Both the position numbers and the translations under genes were made by a program. 61,009 nucleotides of DNA from an uncultured bacterium (GTDB lineage: Bacteria > Omnitrophota > Omnitrophia > Omnitrophales > Aquincolibacteriaceae): the NCBI GenBank assembly GCA_964482725.1, contig CAYZYT010000014.1, positions 1 through 61,009 on the forward strand. Direction: 5' to 3'. Position 1 is the first letter of the stretch. Each line of letters starts with the position of its first letter. This document shows, one piece after another, positions 40,101-52,100 of the stretch. The notes beneath the pieces were generated by a model. The model was given only the letters and a program-made list of their open reading frames with translations. It did no database searches and was not told the DNA's origin.

Positions 40101-43100
40101 AGGTCACCGTTTTTGACCGTAAACCCTTTCAATTGGACTTCCCGTCCGTTGGCGGCTCCTTTGATCACGAGATCGAATGTTCCGTTCTGCATTCTCTTGG
40201 CCATCGCCACCGCTGCCCGGAGCGCTATGTCCTCCGGATTGCGCGGCACCTTGCTAACGACCCGCTTCAGCGCGCCCGCCATTAAAACGCCCGCCACAAT
40301 AACTCCAACCGTTATCAAAAGCCGAATTTCGGACCGCGCAGTATCTTTCAGCCCGGAACCGGAGGCTCTCATTTTCATCACGGCCGGGTTAAAGAACCAA
40401 AGCGTGACCTCGCGAGCGCGGTTTTCATTGTCGCTCAGGTGGATCACATTCGCTCCGCGGGTCACGGGATTATTGATCAGAAAAATACCGTCTTTTGCCT
40501 TTTGACTTTCATAAGCATCACGACGGATACTCCCGGCCTCGGCTTCTTTCGGATCCGTTTTCCCTCTGAAATACTTCTCCATATCCTGCCAACTTCGGGC
40601 CTTGCCGGGGATACCGCGGAGAAAAAGTGCCGGCACCGAAGTCCCGGGACGTTCGAAGTCGGCGCTAAGCTGAAAGACAAAGTTATTCAGGAAAACAACC
40701 CGTTTCCCGACATGCTCCGCCGGCACACCGGGTTCTTTCTTTAATTCCGTGATAAGAGCGATCGCTCCGTCCGACAACCGTTTCGTATTTGCGCCTTCGC
40801 GCTCCCAGATCTCCAGGGCTTTTTCCGGAGAGATCCCGAGCCGCGACGGGATCTCCTGAGCCCCATAAATGGAAGATGGATCCCATGAGGCGCTAGCACC
40901 AAAGCGATGCTTGTAAAGACCGATGAGCTGGTAAAGGTCGGACTGACTGAGCGCTTCGGCGCCTTTCCCGGCAACGTCATACAGCCGTCCATAATGCTGC
41001 GGCACCATGTTGTTTTCGATCAACCATTCACTCTTGTAAACAAGCGCCTGCTCGCTGTAATAACCAAACTGTTCGATCCGGCGAAGGATCTCTTTCACGG
41101 TCTTGGGATGGAAATACCCCATCGACGGCTTCAGGAGCAAGACGCCGCCGTCAGGGTTCTCGGGGTCCCAAGGCCCTGCAGCATAACGACGAGGGATCTC
41201 CACTTCCACAATACTCTTCCTCGTGGAAGTCGCAGCATTAAGAATGCGAAATGTCATATCCTCAAGAGTGTCTGTGGCGGGCGTCGTAATTCTTCCCTCG
41301 GAACGAGAAGCGCCAGGTTTTCTTAGCGCGGAGCGATTCGCCGTCAAATCTGGAACGGCTGTCTCAGCCTTAAGACCGAGCCTGCTTTTTTGTTCCTCCT
41401 GGATCACCGTCTGGATCATGAGATTATCGAAAGCCCGTAAAAAAAGCCCAGCATAACGCTCTACTTCCTTGCTCAAGGGGCGTCTCTCACCCTGCTCATC
41501 TCCGGAATCTTTCTTTCCGATGAACCAGCGCATGTATGCGGGCGCCCAGCCCAAGAGCGTTGCCCCAAGCAAAGCCGCGACAGCAACCCCGCGTATTTCT
41601 CCGGAAGCCGGCAGCGCAAGAAGTCCCAGAAAAATCGAAATAATGGGATAAACCCAAAGCTCGCTCCTAGTAAAATCAAAAGCATTCAATAAAATGGTCC
41701 ACCTTCGCACCTCCAGCGTCCTTTTCAAAACAGCCTCGGCTTCTTCGAGGGCTGCCACAAGCGAAGCAACGTCGGCCGCTTTATTGACCTTCTCAAAAGA
41801 ATTCTTGAGCGCAATATCTCCTGCCAATATTTCCCATACTTTTGAGGCCTTCGGATAAGCTCTGTTCAATCCCTTCACCCGCTCTTCCAGGGACGCTCCG
41901 ATATCGCGGCGAAGTTCCGATCGTTTGGTATGGGCAGTTAGAAGGTCCAGAGCTACGAGCCGAGCATTAGGAAGGATCGGCTCGGAGGAAACTTGCGGGC
42001 TTAACCTGGCGAGCGTTGTCTCATTTCCAAGCAGAACCGTTCTCGTTTTGGGCATAGCGATCATGCCGGCGGGCCCCGCCACAAGCACGGTATCATCCAC
42101 CAACTGTCCATACCCCTTTAGCTCATGCCGCAAAACGTCCATATCGTCATGGTCATTTTCGCCGCTTTCCGACGGGAAGGCTAAGGCGCCGGCCGAAGCG
42201 ATCGTCCGCTCTCCCTCCGGCAACATGTCCGAAGCCTCCTGCAACAAGGCTTCGACTTTTGCGTTCACTTCCTGGGTTTTGATATCGGCATCGTAGAGCG
42301 GTCGCAGAGTCTTCGCGTAAAAGGCTTCATAGCGCGGATACAAAGGAGAGTTTTTTGGCGTTCTTCCAAGAACCTCCGCGGCATCATCAAGAGCTCTTTT
42401 GGCATCATTTCGGATCTGCATCCACTCATCAAGTTCTTCTATGGCCCTATAAAGCGGTTCGTTGCCCGCCCCTTCACTACCTTTTCCATCACGAACCTCC
42501 GCTCGTTGGGCCGGTTTCTTCATGACCCAGACTTTTTTGGCGGGCGCTACCGGTGTCGCCGGAGCAGGATTTGCCTGGGGTTCGCTTTGGGCTTTGACCT
42601 CTCCCCGGTCCACGGCTTCGATCTCTTTTCTTAATGCCTCGTCCTGGATAACCGGCCGGTCCGCCTTGCGCTTCAGCCCAACCTTCAGGAAGAGCTCGAC
42701 GCCTTTTTTGTCTTTGCCGAACACCGTCTCAAGGAAAGCGTCCAACTGGTACAGAGAAATGGGATCAAAATCAAATTTTACGACCCCCTTCGCGCGGAAT
42801 TTTTCCGGAAGATCCTCGGGATTTTTGAACTCTATTTTGGTGACCAGAATCCTGTGAAGATTCTCAACCGTCATGCGCCTGCCGCCGAAGGTGATGTCCG
42901 GATCATTGACAAGGATCTCGGTCAAAAATTGGGCCAAGGTCTTGCCGCGCCACTCTTCGAGTTCGTAGGGCGTCAGGTCCAGATCCGCCTCGCTCCCCTC
43001 ACTCCTCAACTCGGAACGGGCGAGATCAGGACGTTGCTGGGGTATTCCGAAAGGTGTCTTGATCGCGATGATCCTGCCTTCCTGATAGGGATGCTCTTCG

Positions 43101-46100
43101 TTTTTCTGTTCGCTCACTTCAAGCTTATGGAGGGCAAAGCCTTGTGCTGTAAGCATGTCCCGAATGCTTTGTTGCGTAAAACCCTGGACGTGCTCAAGCA
43201 ACCCGAAACGAATCCCGTATTTATCCATGAGCGGGATCTCGATAAAAACGACACCGCCCGGTTTAATAATCTGCCCGACCTTGGCTAGAATTTCTTCGGG
43301 ATTAGCGGTATGCTCCAAAACGTCCTTCAATAGGACCATGTCATAACTAGAACGTTCAAAGGCGAGCGTCTCAAACTGCCCTTGATGAACCTTGATGCCG
43401 AGTTCTCCCATCTGCCGAACGAATTCCGGAACCATTTCGACGCCTTCGGCATCCCACTGATAACGCTTCTTCCCTTCGTCCAGCAAAAATCCGGCGCCGG
43501 CTCCCACTTCGAGGACTTTCATGCCTTTCAAGTTAAAATCTAGATCCGAACGGTTGTCTTCCAAGAATTGAAGGATCTTCTTTGCGCTTTCCCTTTTAGC
43601 GGGCTCTCGCTCAGGATAACCGCCACTCAGATAGCCTTTAAAATAAGCGTCGTCATAATATCTTTGAAAATATTCCGGACCCGGCATCGGATCCATAAAA
43701 AGATGCCCGTTGCTTTTCTGCCGGAAAAACAACTGCACGCCCCCGATCACAAAGCTCGTGGCCGTTCGAGCATAACTCTCGGGCGAGGCGAACTTGAACC
43801 CGCGAAAAATATTCAGCGCGTCCGGACCTGACATATATTCGACGACCTTTGTTTCATGATCAGAGGTAATGCTCCCTTGCAAATCGATAACTTCGGCGCG
43901 GGGATCCCTCCACGCCTGGAGATCCTTCCTTGCCTCAGAAGCAACCTGGTCATTGTTGCTGTCCAATTTTTTAAATAATTCCGCTTGGGTCTCCCTGACC
44001 TCGGAGCGAAGAGGTGTGAGGTTGAAGGATTCACGGGTCAGATTGATTTCATAATCCGGTTTTGTTTTTTCGGTATATTGCACATAACTCGGCTGAAGGG
44101 CTCGCTCGTAAAAAACGACTTTCCTGGGTTCATCCTTGGGCTTCAGTCGCCGCGACCGTTTCTGGAAAAGAGCGATATTGCGTCCCGGATTATCCTGGAT
44201 GCGAAAGCTGGCGTCATAGAAACCGGCGAGATCCGGCGTTAGATTCAGGGCATACTTGCCGTCCACCAGCAAGGTGGTCTCCCGATCCAGCGTAAAAGAA
44301 TAGTCCCCTTCAAAGGGCGGCTTCTCCCCTTCCGCGAGCCGGAGATACGGATTCCGCACCATAAAAGTCCGCGACGCTTCGCCCGATAAGCGGAAAGCGT
44401 TGATCTGGCGGAAAAGTTCCGCGATCTCGTCTTCCCTGAAAAAGGTCGCTTCTTCATAATAAAAACCTGACTTGATCTTCCCGGAGGGATCGACCTTTTC
44501 GCCGGTCACGTACTCTTCAATCTGCGTCCTCCATCCCGACGGTTTGAGGAACAGGTCCAGTCCAAGATTTACCACCTTGGATCCCCGCGCTGTTAATCGC
44601 TTGATGGTTTCTTCAACGATGGTACTTTTCCCGGAACCGGACGGACCGTCAAAAGCAAATACGCTGAGACCCGGCTGGCCTTTTAATTTTTCGTTTCTTA
44701 TTTTCCCGATCTCCTCGGCGATCTGGTCGACCACCGCGCCAACGTCCTGCCGAAAAGCTTCTTCGCGCGGAATGAATTCCCCCGCCTCGGTCGAACGGTT
44801 CCCCCAGTATTGGTGCGCACGCCCGAATTGATCCACAATCCTCGGAACCGTCGCAGCGTCCCCGCCCTCACGATAATAAGTAGACGCGACATTAAGATCC
44901 ACGTTGTGTCCGGTTAAAACATGCACAGGAATGGGCTGAGACAGCCCGGAAGCACTCACGCCTTCCGCCATGATCTCATCGGCCCGGGCTTGCGTAAGCA
45001 CGCGACCGTATTCCCCTCGCTGCATCAAAACCCAATCGAGGGTATGGCCCGAACGGAGTCCGTATTGTTTCATCATCCGGTAAAGCAGGTCCCGGTGACT
45101 GGCAACGCGCGCTTCGGTCTCCGAGCCCATGATGTAATAGAATTGGATCTTTTGGTCCGGATTCAGGTTTTTTGAAAACTCGAAGACAGCCTCTTCTCCT
45201 TGATGGTCGTTGCCAAGACCGTTATCGGTATGACGAAGAAGCGGAAAATAGGGCTTTAGAACATTGTCCGAAAGAGAGCTTCTCTCATCTGCGGGGACCT
45301 TATCCGACTTAGGCACATTCTTGTAAAGTATCTCTCCCTGGGTCCTGAAGATCACCGTATCGAGGGACAATTCATCCATGGCGATCAAGGCGACTAAAAT
45401 ATGCCCCCAATTAATGGGATTCCCAGCAATAGGAAGGAAACCGACGCGGAGCGGACGGTTCATGGGGCGACGAGACAACACCCTTTCGCCTTTCTGATGC
45501 ATATAGGTTTCCAGAGAAGCGTCCGGAAAAATCTCTCCCCGGTCGATCTTTCCCTGGAGACTCGTTAAGGAATGCTCGAATTGATGATACAAGCGTGGAA
45601 GGTATCCTTCGCTCTTCTCCGCCAGCCGAGGGTCATGAGACCTCAGCTCTTCCTCGATCAATTTCCACACATCCAGAGCAAGTTTCGGAGCGCCAAGATC
45701 CGTCTCCGCTCTCGCCTCCGAACGAAAGTCTGCAGAATGCCAGAACTCCGGCTCGTGGACACGCCCGGCCCAATCGCTTCCGTGCCATCCATTAAAAGTC
45801 CCATTGAACGGCTGTTCAATCTGAAGCTCTCCCTTGTAGGCCCGTTCCCGCAAACTTCCTGCCGCCGCCTTGGAAGGATCGGTCGCACCGAGGAATCCGG
45901 CACGGATCTTTTTCCAAAGTTCTTCGTTCCTCGCGTCTTCCGGAACATCCGGAGACACCTCAAGATGCACAGCGATAGTCTTTTTCCCGGGAGTTTCGAA
46001 TCCTTTTTTGACGAGAAGATAGAACCCGTTGATCACAATGAATTTCTTTCCCCGGAGATCCAAAGGGACCTCTGTGTCGGCCGGGACTTCGATCTCTTCC

Positions 46101-49100
46101 CCGTAAACCTGGTCCGCGAAATAAACCTGTTTTGATTTGTCATTCTTCAAGGCCGCCCACAAATCCTGGATGCGCTCTTCGGTAAGATGGGTCCGTTCCA
46201 TGAATTCAGCAGCAGAAATAATGGGGATACCGCGCCCCTGCACCTTCGGAAGATTTTCTTCGAGCTCTTTTTTCGCCGGCGCGGGAAGCTCGGCCTCGAG
46301 GCCCTCCAGCCCCTTCATTGCGGCATAATGCATGGCGCTGTAGTGCCGGCTCAGAAGCCCGAGACGCGCGACATCGCTGCCGTCCCAAACCATGATCTCC
46401 TGCGCAGCCAATTTCCACGGATCCGCGATCGCAAGTTCCAGCACTTTGGTCACCGTCTGAAGCGTAAAAGGGCCGTTGCCGGGCTTAAAAAGAAGTTCTC
46501 CGCCAAAGCCGCTTCCGGGACGGTTCGTCACGGGGATCCCCTGGGTCGGCGCTTCGCGCTTTTGAGCCTCGAGGATCCTGGCGGCAATCGCCGGGATCTC
46601 CGCGCGATAAGCCGCGTCATTAAACCTCAGTTCCGAGCGACCGACGAATTTCTGATGGTTCGTAAGCGCGCTTTTGTACACATCCATATACTCGGGAACG
46701 ATCTCTTCCCATGAGCGAACAGACTCCATCGCTCTTTTTTGCATTCTTCCGAAACCTTCGGGATCACGTTCGTAGCGATTTACAGCCCGCGCCGTTGCCA
46801 GATAAAGATCGTCGCTCAAATCGATACGATCCATATCTCCCTGGCTCACTCCTTTGAGATAACCAAAACGGAAACCCGTGCTTTTCCCAGGGAATTCATC
46901 CGGATCCACCACCGTGTCATGAAGACCGCCCGTTGCCCGAACCACAGGGACAACGCCATAACGCTTCATTTGCTGCTGAATAAGTCCGGCAGGCTCGAAC
47001 CGCGAAGGAACAAGTCCGATATCGGCCGCGGCGAGCGTTTCTCGTACGATCGGAGCCCCCATCACCGGGATAAATTTGAATCTCCCGGGAAATTCCCTTT
47101 CTAATTCATAAAATCTTTCTTCCAAATCCCTGTCGCCGGTACCCACAACCGCTAAAAACGCGCCCAATCCGCCTTCACTTTCTTTTCTGACAATGCGCGC
47201 CGCTGCGCTGACGACCCAATCCATCCCTTTCTGCTGACGAAGGCGGGAAACCGCCACGATAAGAGGTGCCCGGAGGTATTCGGCCTTATAATCTTTTTCG
47301 TTTTTGTCGAAAAAATGTCTTTTAAGAAATTGCTCTTTATTGACCTGCTTGGGTGAAAGATCCTGTAAAGAATAGGTGGCCTGAATGTCCGCAAGGCTTT
47401 CGGGATTCCAAAGATTCGCATCCAGAGCATTCAGGATCCCCACATAATTTTCACCGCGGCTTCGCAACGCCCCGTCAAGGCCGAAACCTCCCGCCGGAGT
47501 CAGTGTTTGATCCCGAAAAGATTTGCTAACCGTAATGATCTTATCCGCAAAAACAATGCCCCCTTTAGCAAGGTTCGCCTGGCCGTGGAATTCTAACCCT
47601 CCCAGAGGATTCAGCTCGCGCCACGGGATCCCCATCCCCGCCAGCTGCCAGCCCCGTTCATGCATCGGATAGCGAAGCTGATACGCATCTCCAAGATTGT
47701 GGACCGTATAAACGGTTGCCGCATCATGGAACTGGTGATCTTTCACAAACCGCATGAACGGGATCACGAGTGCCGTCTGAGCATCATGGGCCTGAACAAT
47801 ATTAGGACGAAGCTTAAGAAGATCCATCGCCTCGACGGCGGCCCTGGAAAAAGCGGCAGCTTCCCAAAAGGTATCCGCCTCTTTTTCGTTATACCCGTGC
47901 CTGAAATATTGGGCGATCCGTATAAAATAGATCGTCACATGTTCCAGCTCGGCCTTAAAAACCTCACAGGGAAGATCTCCGGCGCTCGTGGGAATCTTGA
48001 AAGCCAGGATCGGTTTATTTTGAACAGGGGTCTTCTGTTGAACCCAAATATTGGCATGTTCCGGGAGAATCACGGAAACATGCATTCCCTCATGCATGCG
48101 CTTGATCGCGGGGACAAATTCACGAAGAACGTCTTTCACACCCCCTGCTTCAAAAAAGGGCGCCATCTCATACGCCACGTGAACGATCCTCTTGATTTCG
48201 CCGGTTTCCACTGCCCTGACTTCCGAGCGGCGGAGGTCTTCGGTCTTGAGTGTTTCCAGGACCTGAGCCTCTGACATAAAAGAGCGGATCATTTCCGGAG
48301 CAACGCTCAGTCCGCCTGCCTGTTCCTGAACCGGCAGATGAAAGAATTGATCGCCCCGCCCGGCATGTGCCGACCAGGCATACCGACCGTTTTTATAGGA
48401 AAAAATAAATTGAAGGCTTTTGGGGGCATCCAGAGATACACCGACTGTCACAATGCGCTCACCGGCGCTTGCTCCGGATATGAAAATATTTTCAGGTTTA
48501 ATGCCCCAGGGCTTCTCGAGAACGCCTCTGAGCTTCTCCGCCGCTTCATCCAGCCTCATTGAAGCCTCGGCGAGGCTCACATCATCCGTCGTCGATACCG
48601 CTTCAACAGAATGCCAGTGTTCGAGTCTTGCTTCGATCTCTTCAATGGCGGCTTCCGGGGACAGAACGGACGGGATCAGGCCCGCATAAGACGTGGGGTT
48701 ATTTTTCAGTTCTGCGACCAGCGTCCGAAAAAGAGCCGGGTGACGTTTGATCTGACGATCCAGCCCGAATCCCGGCGTCCCGAAAGAAATAATCGTTCTC
48801 AAATCCTCAAAAAACTTTTGATCGAACTGCACCTCCGGCCAAGAGAGGTCTTCCGTCCCTCTCACTTCCGAACGACCATCCAGAAAATCGCGAACCTCTT
48901 CTTTGTACTCGACGGCTCTCGCTGCATCCTGCCGTCTTTCTTTCATAAATTGAGGGAATTGCTCGAAAAAAAACGCCGGCCCTGCCATTTTCAGGCGTGA
49001 ATATTCATTCCTGAGCCTGGACAATAAATCCTGGGCGCGCTCCCAACGGTGCGTTTCATGCCGCAAAACATTCCTTTTCTTATTTGCTCGCCGCCGCGAG

Positions 49101-52100
49101 TACTCACGTTCCAAGCTTTTCGTTAATTGCTCTAAATGAGTAATGCGCAACCAGTAACCAGTCCGGGCGGCTAACCATGGAAGGCCCAACGCCGCGGCTT
49201 TAAATAGCTCCCGCAGTTCCGAACGAAAGCGCTTGGCTTCGTAAGCGGCGGCCGCGGCAAAGGCGAGCATATTTTCCGGCGTGGTGTCGATATCGCAGCT
49301 CGAGCAGAAGATAAAAGGCCGTTTCCCCATGATCCTGAAGATCCATTGAGCGTCGTGCCTTATGACCTTGGGATGTTCGCTGGGAAGGATGCTCAGCGTG
49401 TCCATATTCCCCAAAATGACGGGCCTGCGCTCATGGAGCTGAGTGTCTTGAACGGCATCGTAAACCTCGGGAAGAAGATAGATGCTGTCCACGCTCAGGA
49501 TATCCACATCATACCGGACCATATAAGGAAGCTTCTTCTCCGCATCATCAGGGCTTTGGGGACGGCAGGGGTGGGCGGCCGAAAGGGCTCCCAGATGACG
49601 GACCTCTCGCGAAAGACGGTTCACCGGGTCCACGGAATATTTCAAAAATTGCTCCGGGCTGAGCATGCCCGTGGGCCGAGGATCCAGAAATACCACGATG
49701 TCCGCTCCGCCTTCTTTGATGAGCCGCTCCACGTTCGCCGCGATCAGGCGCTCCGAGTATTGGAAGAGCGCCTGGAACATCTTGACGCCCTCGTCGTCTT
49801 TAATGCCGTCTTCGCGATCCATCATGGCCAACATTGCCTCACTATCTCCCATCAGGAACGCGGCTAGCGTGTAAGGCGCGATCGAATAGGCGATCTTGGG
49901 CGTATTGGCGCCAGCCTTCGCATCCAGCTTCTTCAAAGTTTCAACCGCCAAACCAAGACGGCCGGTCGTAGCAGGATCCACATCCTTGAGCGAATGCCAA
50001 TCGATCCCCGCAGCCGAAAGCGTCATGTGGAGCTGAGGACTTGCGACAAGTTCTTGGAGCGCGATCAGAGTTTCCTTGCCGTTCACCGTATGGATCTTGC
50101 CCGAAGCCGTCCATTCCGCGCGTTTTTCAGGCGGAAGATTCGCAAGGATCACGGCTTCATGTTCGGCGCTAAGATCCATCATCGCGGGGATGGTCTTTGC
50201 CCCGTATTTTTTGATCGCCCAGGCAAGTACCGCAGCTTGCGTGTCCGGATTTGTCGCGGCCTCTTCGATCGAAACTTGTTCTTTATGCTCCGCGTTATAA
50301 AGTTTCACGGCCGCGAACCCCAAAAGCGGCACGAACGCGCGGGCGGCGGCCATCTTTTCCAGCGCCGCCCGTCTCGTTTCGTACATTTCGCGGATTTCGG
50401 AACGCGAGCCAGAGGCTTTTTCAGCCGCTGCGCGGGCCTGCCTCACGGCGCGGAGCGAAGCGATTGTGATAGGCGTCGCAAAGGATGGGAGCAAGAGAAG
50501 CGCGCGCGTAAGCATCGCATGATGCTGCACATCCGGGAACGCCCACTTGACTGAAGTATAGAGCGCGATCCAGAGAAGGACCGCGGGAACAAAGCTGACC
50601 ATAAAAATATTAAAATAATGGCCAGAAAGATCCCGGATCCCGGGTTTGCGCACCGCTCCGGCCTTCTCACCCCTCACCTCGGAACGGGCCGTTCTTGAAA
50701 TCCATCGTTCGACCGATTCCTGGACGATGGCGTTCCGGTCCTCGGGCGTATTTTGAAGCACACGCTTGAAAGCAGAAAGTCTTTCTGAGGTGTAGGCGCC
50801 GATCGATGCGAGGAAATCAAAACGGTCATTTTCGTCCGGAAGAAGCTTGGCAAGCTCCGGACTGTAAAAACCAAAGCCGGCATTCCGGGCCATAAATTCG
50901 TGTCCGACAAGGAAATCCCCGCCCTTAAGAAAATCCTCTCCGACCTCACGGTTGTAGGACGCCCCGGCGGTTGCAAGGACACCGGGCAATTCCACAAGCC
51001 CCTTCTCTTCGAGGAACGGCATATCGGGTTTGTTGATATCCACGCCGCTGAAAACACGAAGGCCGTATTGTTTCGCAAGAGCAACGACTTTGACGATCTC
51101 TTCATCGCTATTGCGGTGCGGCATGATCGCGATCCCCGGCACGCCGATCTCGACAAGATATTTGAAAAGCGATTCGAGATGGTCTTCTTCATTGGTTTTA
51201 GAACCTTTGGAATCCCCAAGATACGGATAGATCGGGATCCCACCCGCTTTTTTGATGATCTCAACGACCGTTTTCATGCTCGGAGATTCTTCGGCATCCG
51301 GCGCGATAAAACAGGAAAGTTTTGCCGAGGGTTTCAGAAACGCACCCCGGAGGATCTCCATCGGAACATCAATGTCGCCGGCTTTATACCCCGCTACCGC
51401 CTTGGCGGCCAAAACCTCATCGCCCAGGATCTCTTTATAGAAGGAGATGTTATCGCCGAGCCGGTACGCCACGCCGGCCATAAGATGCCGGTCCGTGGTG
51501 TTCCGGTCCTGGACCTGGAGTTTCGCTTCTTCAAGGATATTTTTGTCATAGTCCACACTCACAGAAATGCCGAGATCTTTCAGCTTTTGGTTCACTTTAC
51601 TGATCATGGCACGATTCCGGCGCTCTTTCGACTCGCGGACTTTGCGGAGAAGCTCCCGGATCAGCGGATGGCTCGTATCGGGCAAAGCATGGCAAAGAAA
51701 ATAGATCATGTTGGGAACGCCCGGCGCATTCCAGATAAGGTTCCGGAAAATTTCCGGGGCTTCCTCGCCAAAACTGACCCGCATCTCGAACCCGGATGTT
51801 TTTTTCATCCCGAGAATTTCGGCGGCTTCGAGGAAATCTTGGTTCCCGGCGGCGGTGTCATGATCGATGATCCCGCCGTTCCGCAGCCCTGCACGGAACA
51901 AGCGGTAGGCGATCTCTTCAGGATAATACGGGCTGTAGGAGAATTTGCTGTGGACGTGAACATTGTTGTTCTTGGAAGCGGGCGCCATAGAGATTTCGCC
52001 CCGTTCTGCCATGATCGCCAGCGCCTGAAGCGCATCCTGGCGAACGGCTTTGGAAGGATCGCGCAGCTTTTTTTCGAGTTCGTTCTGATGAGGAGTCGCG

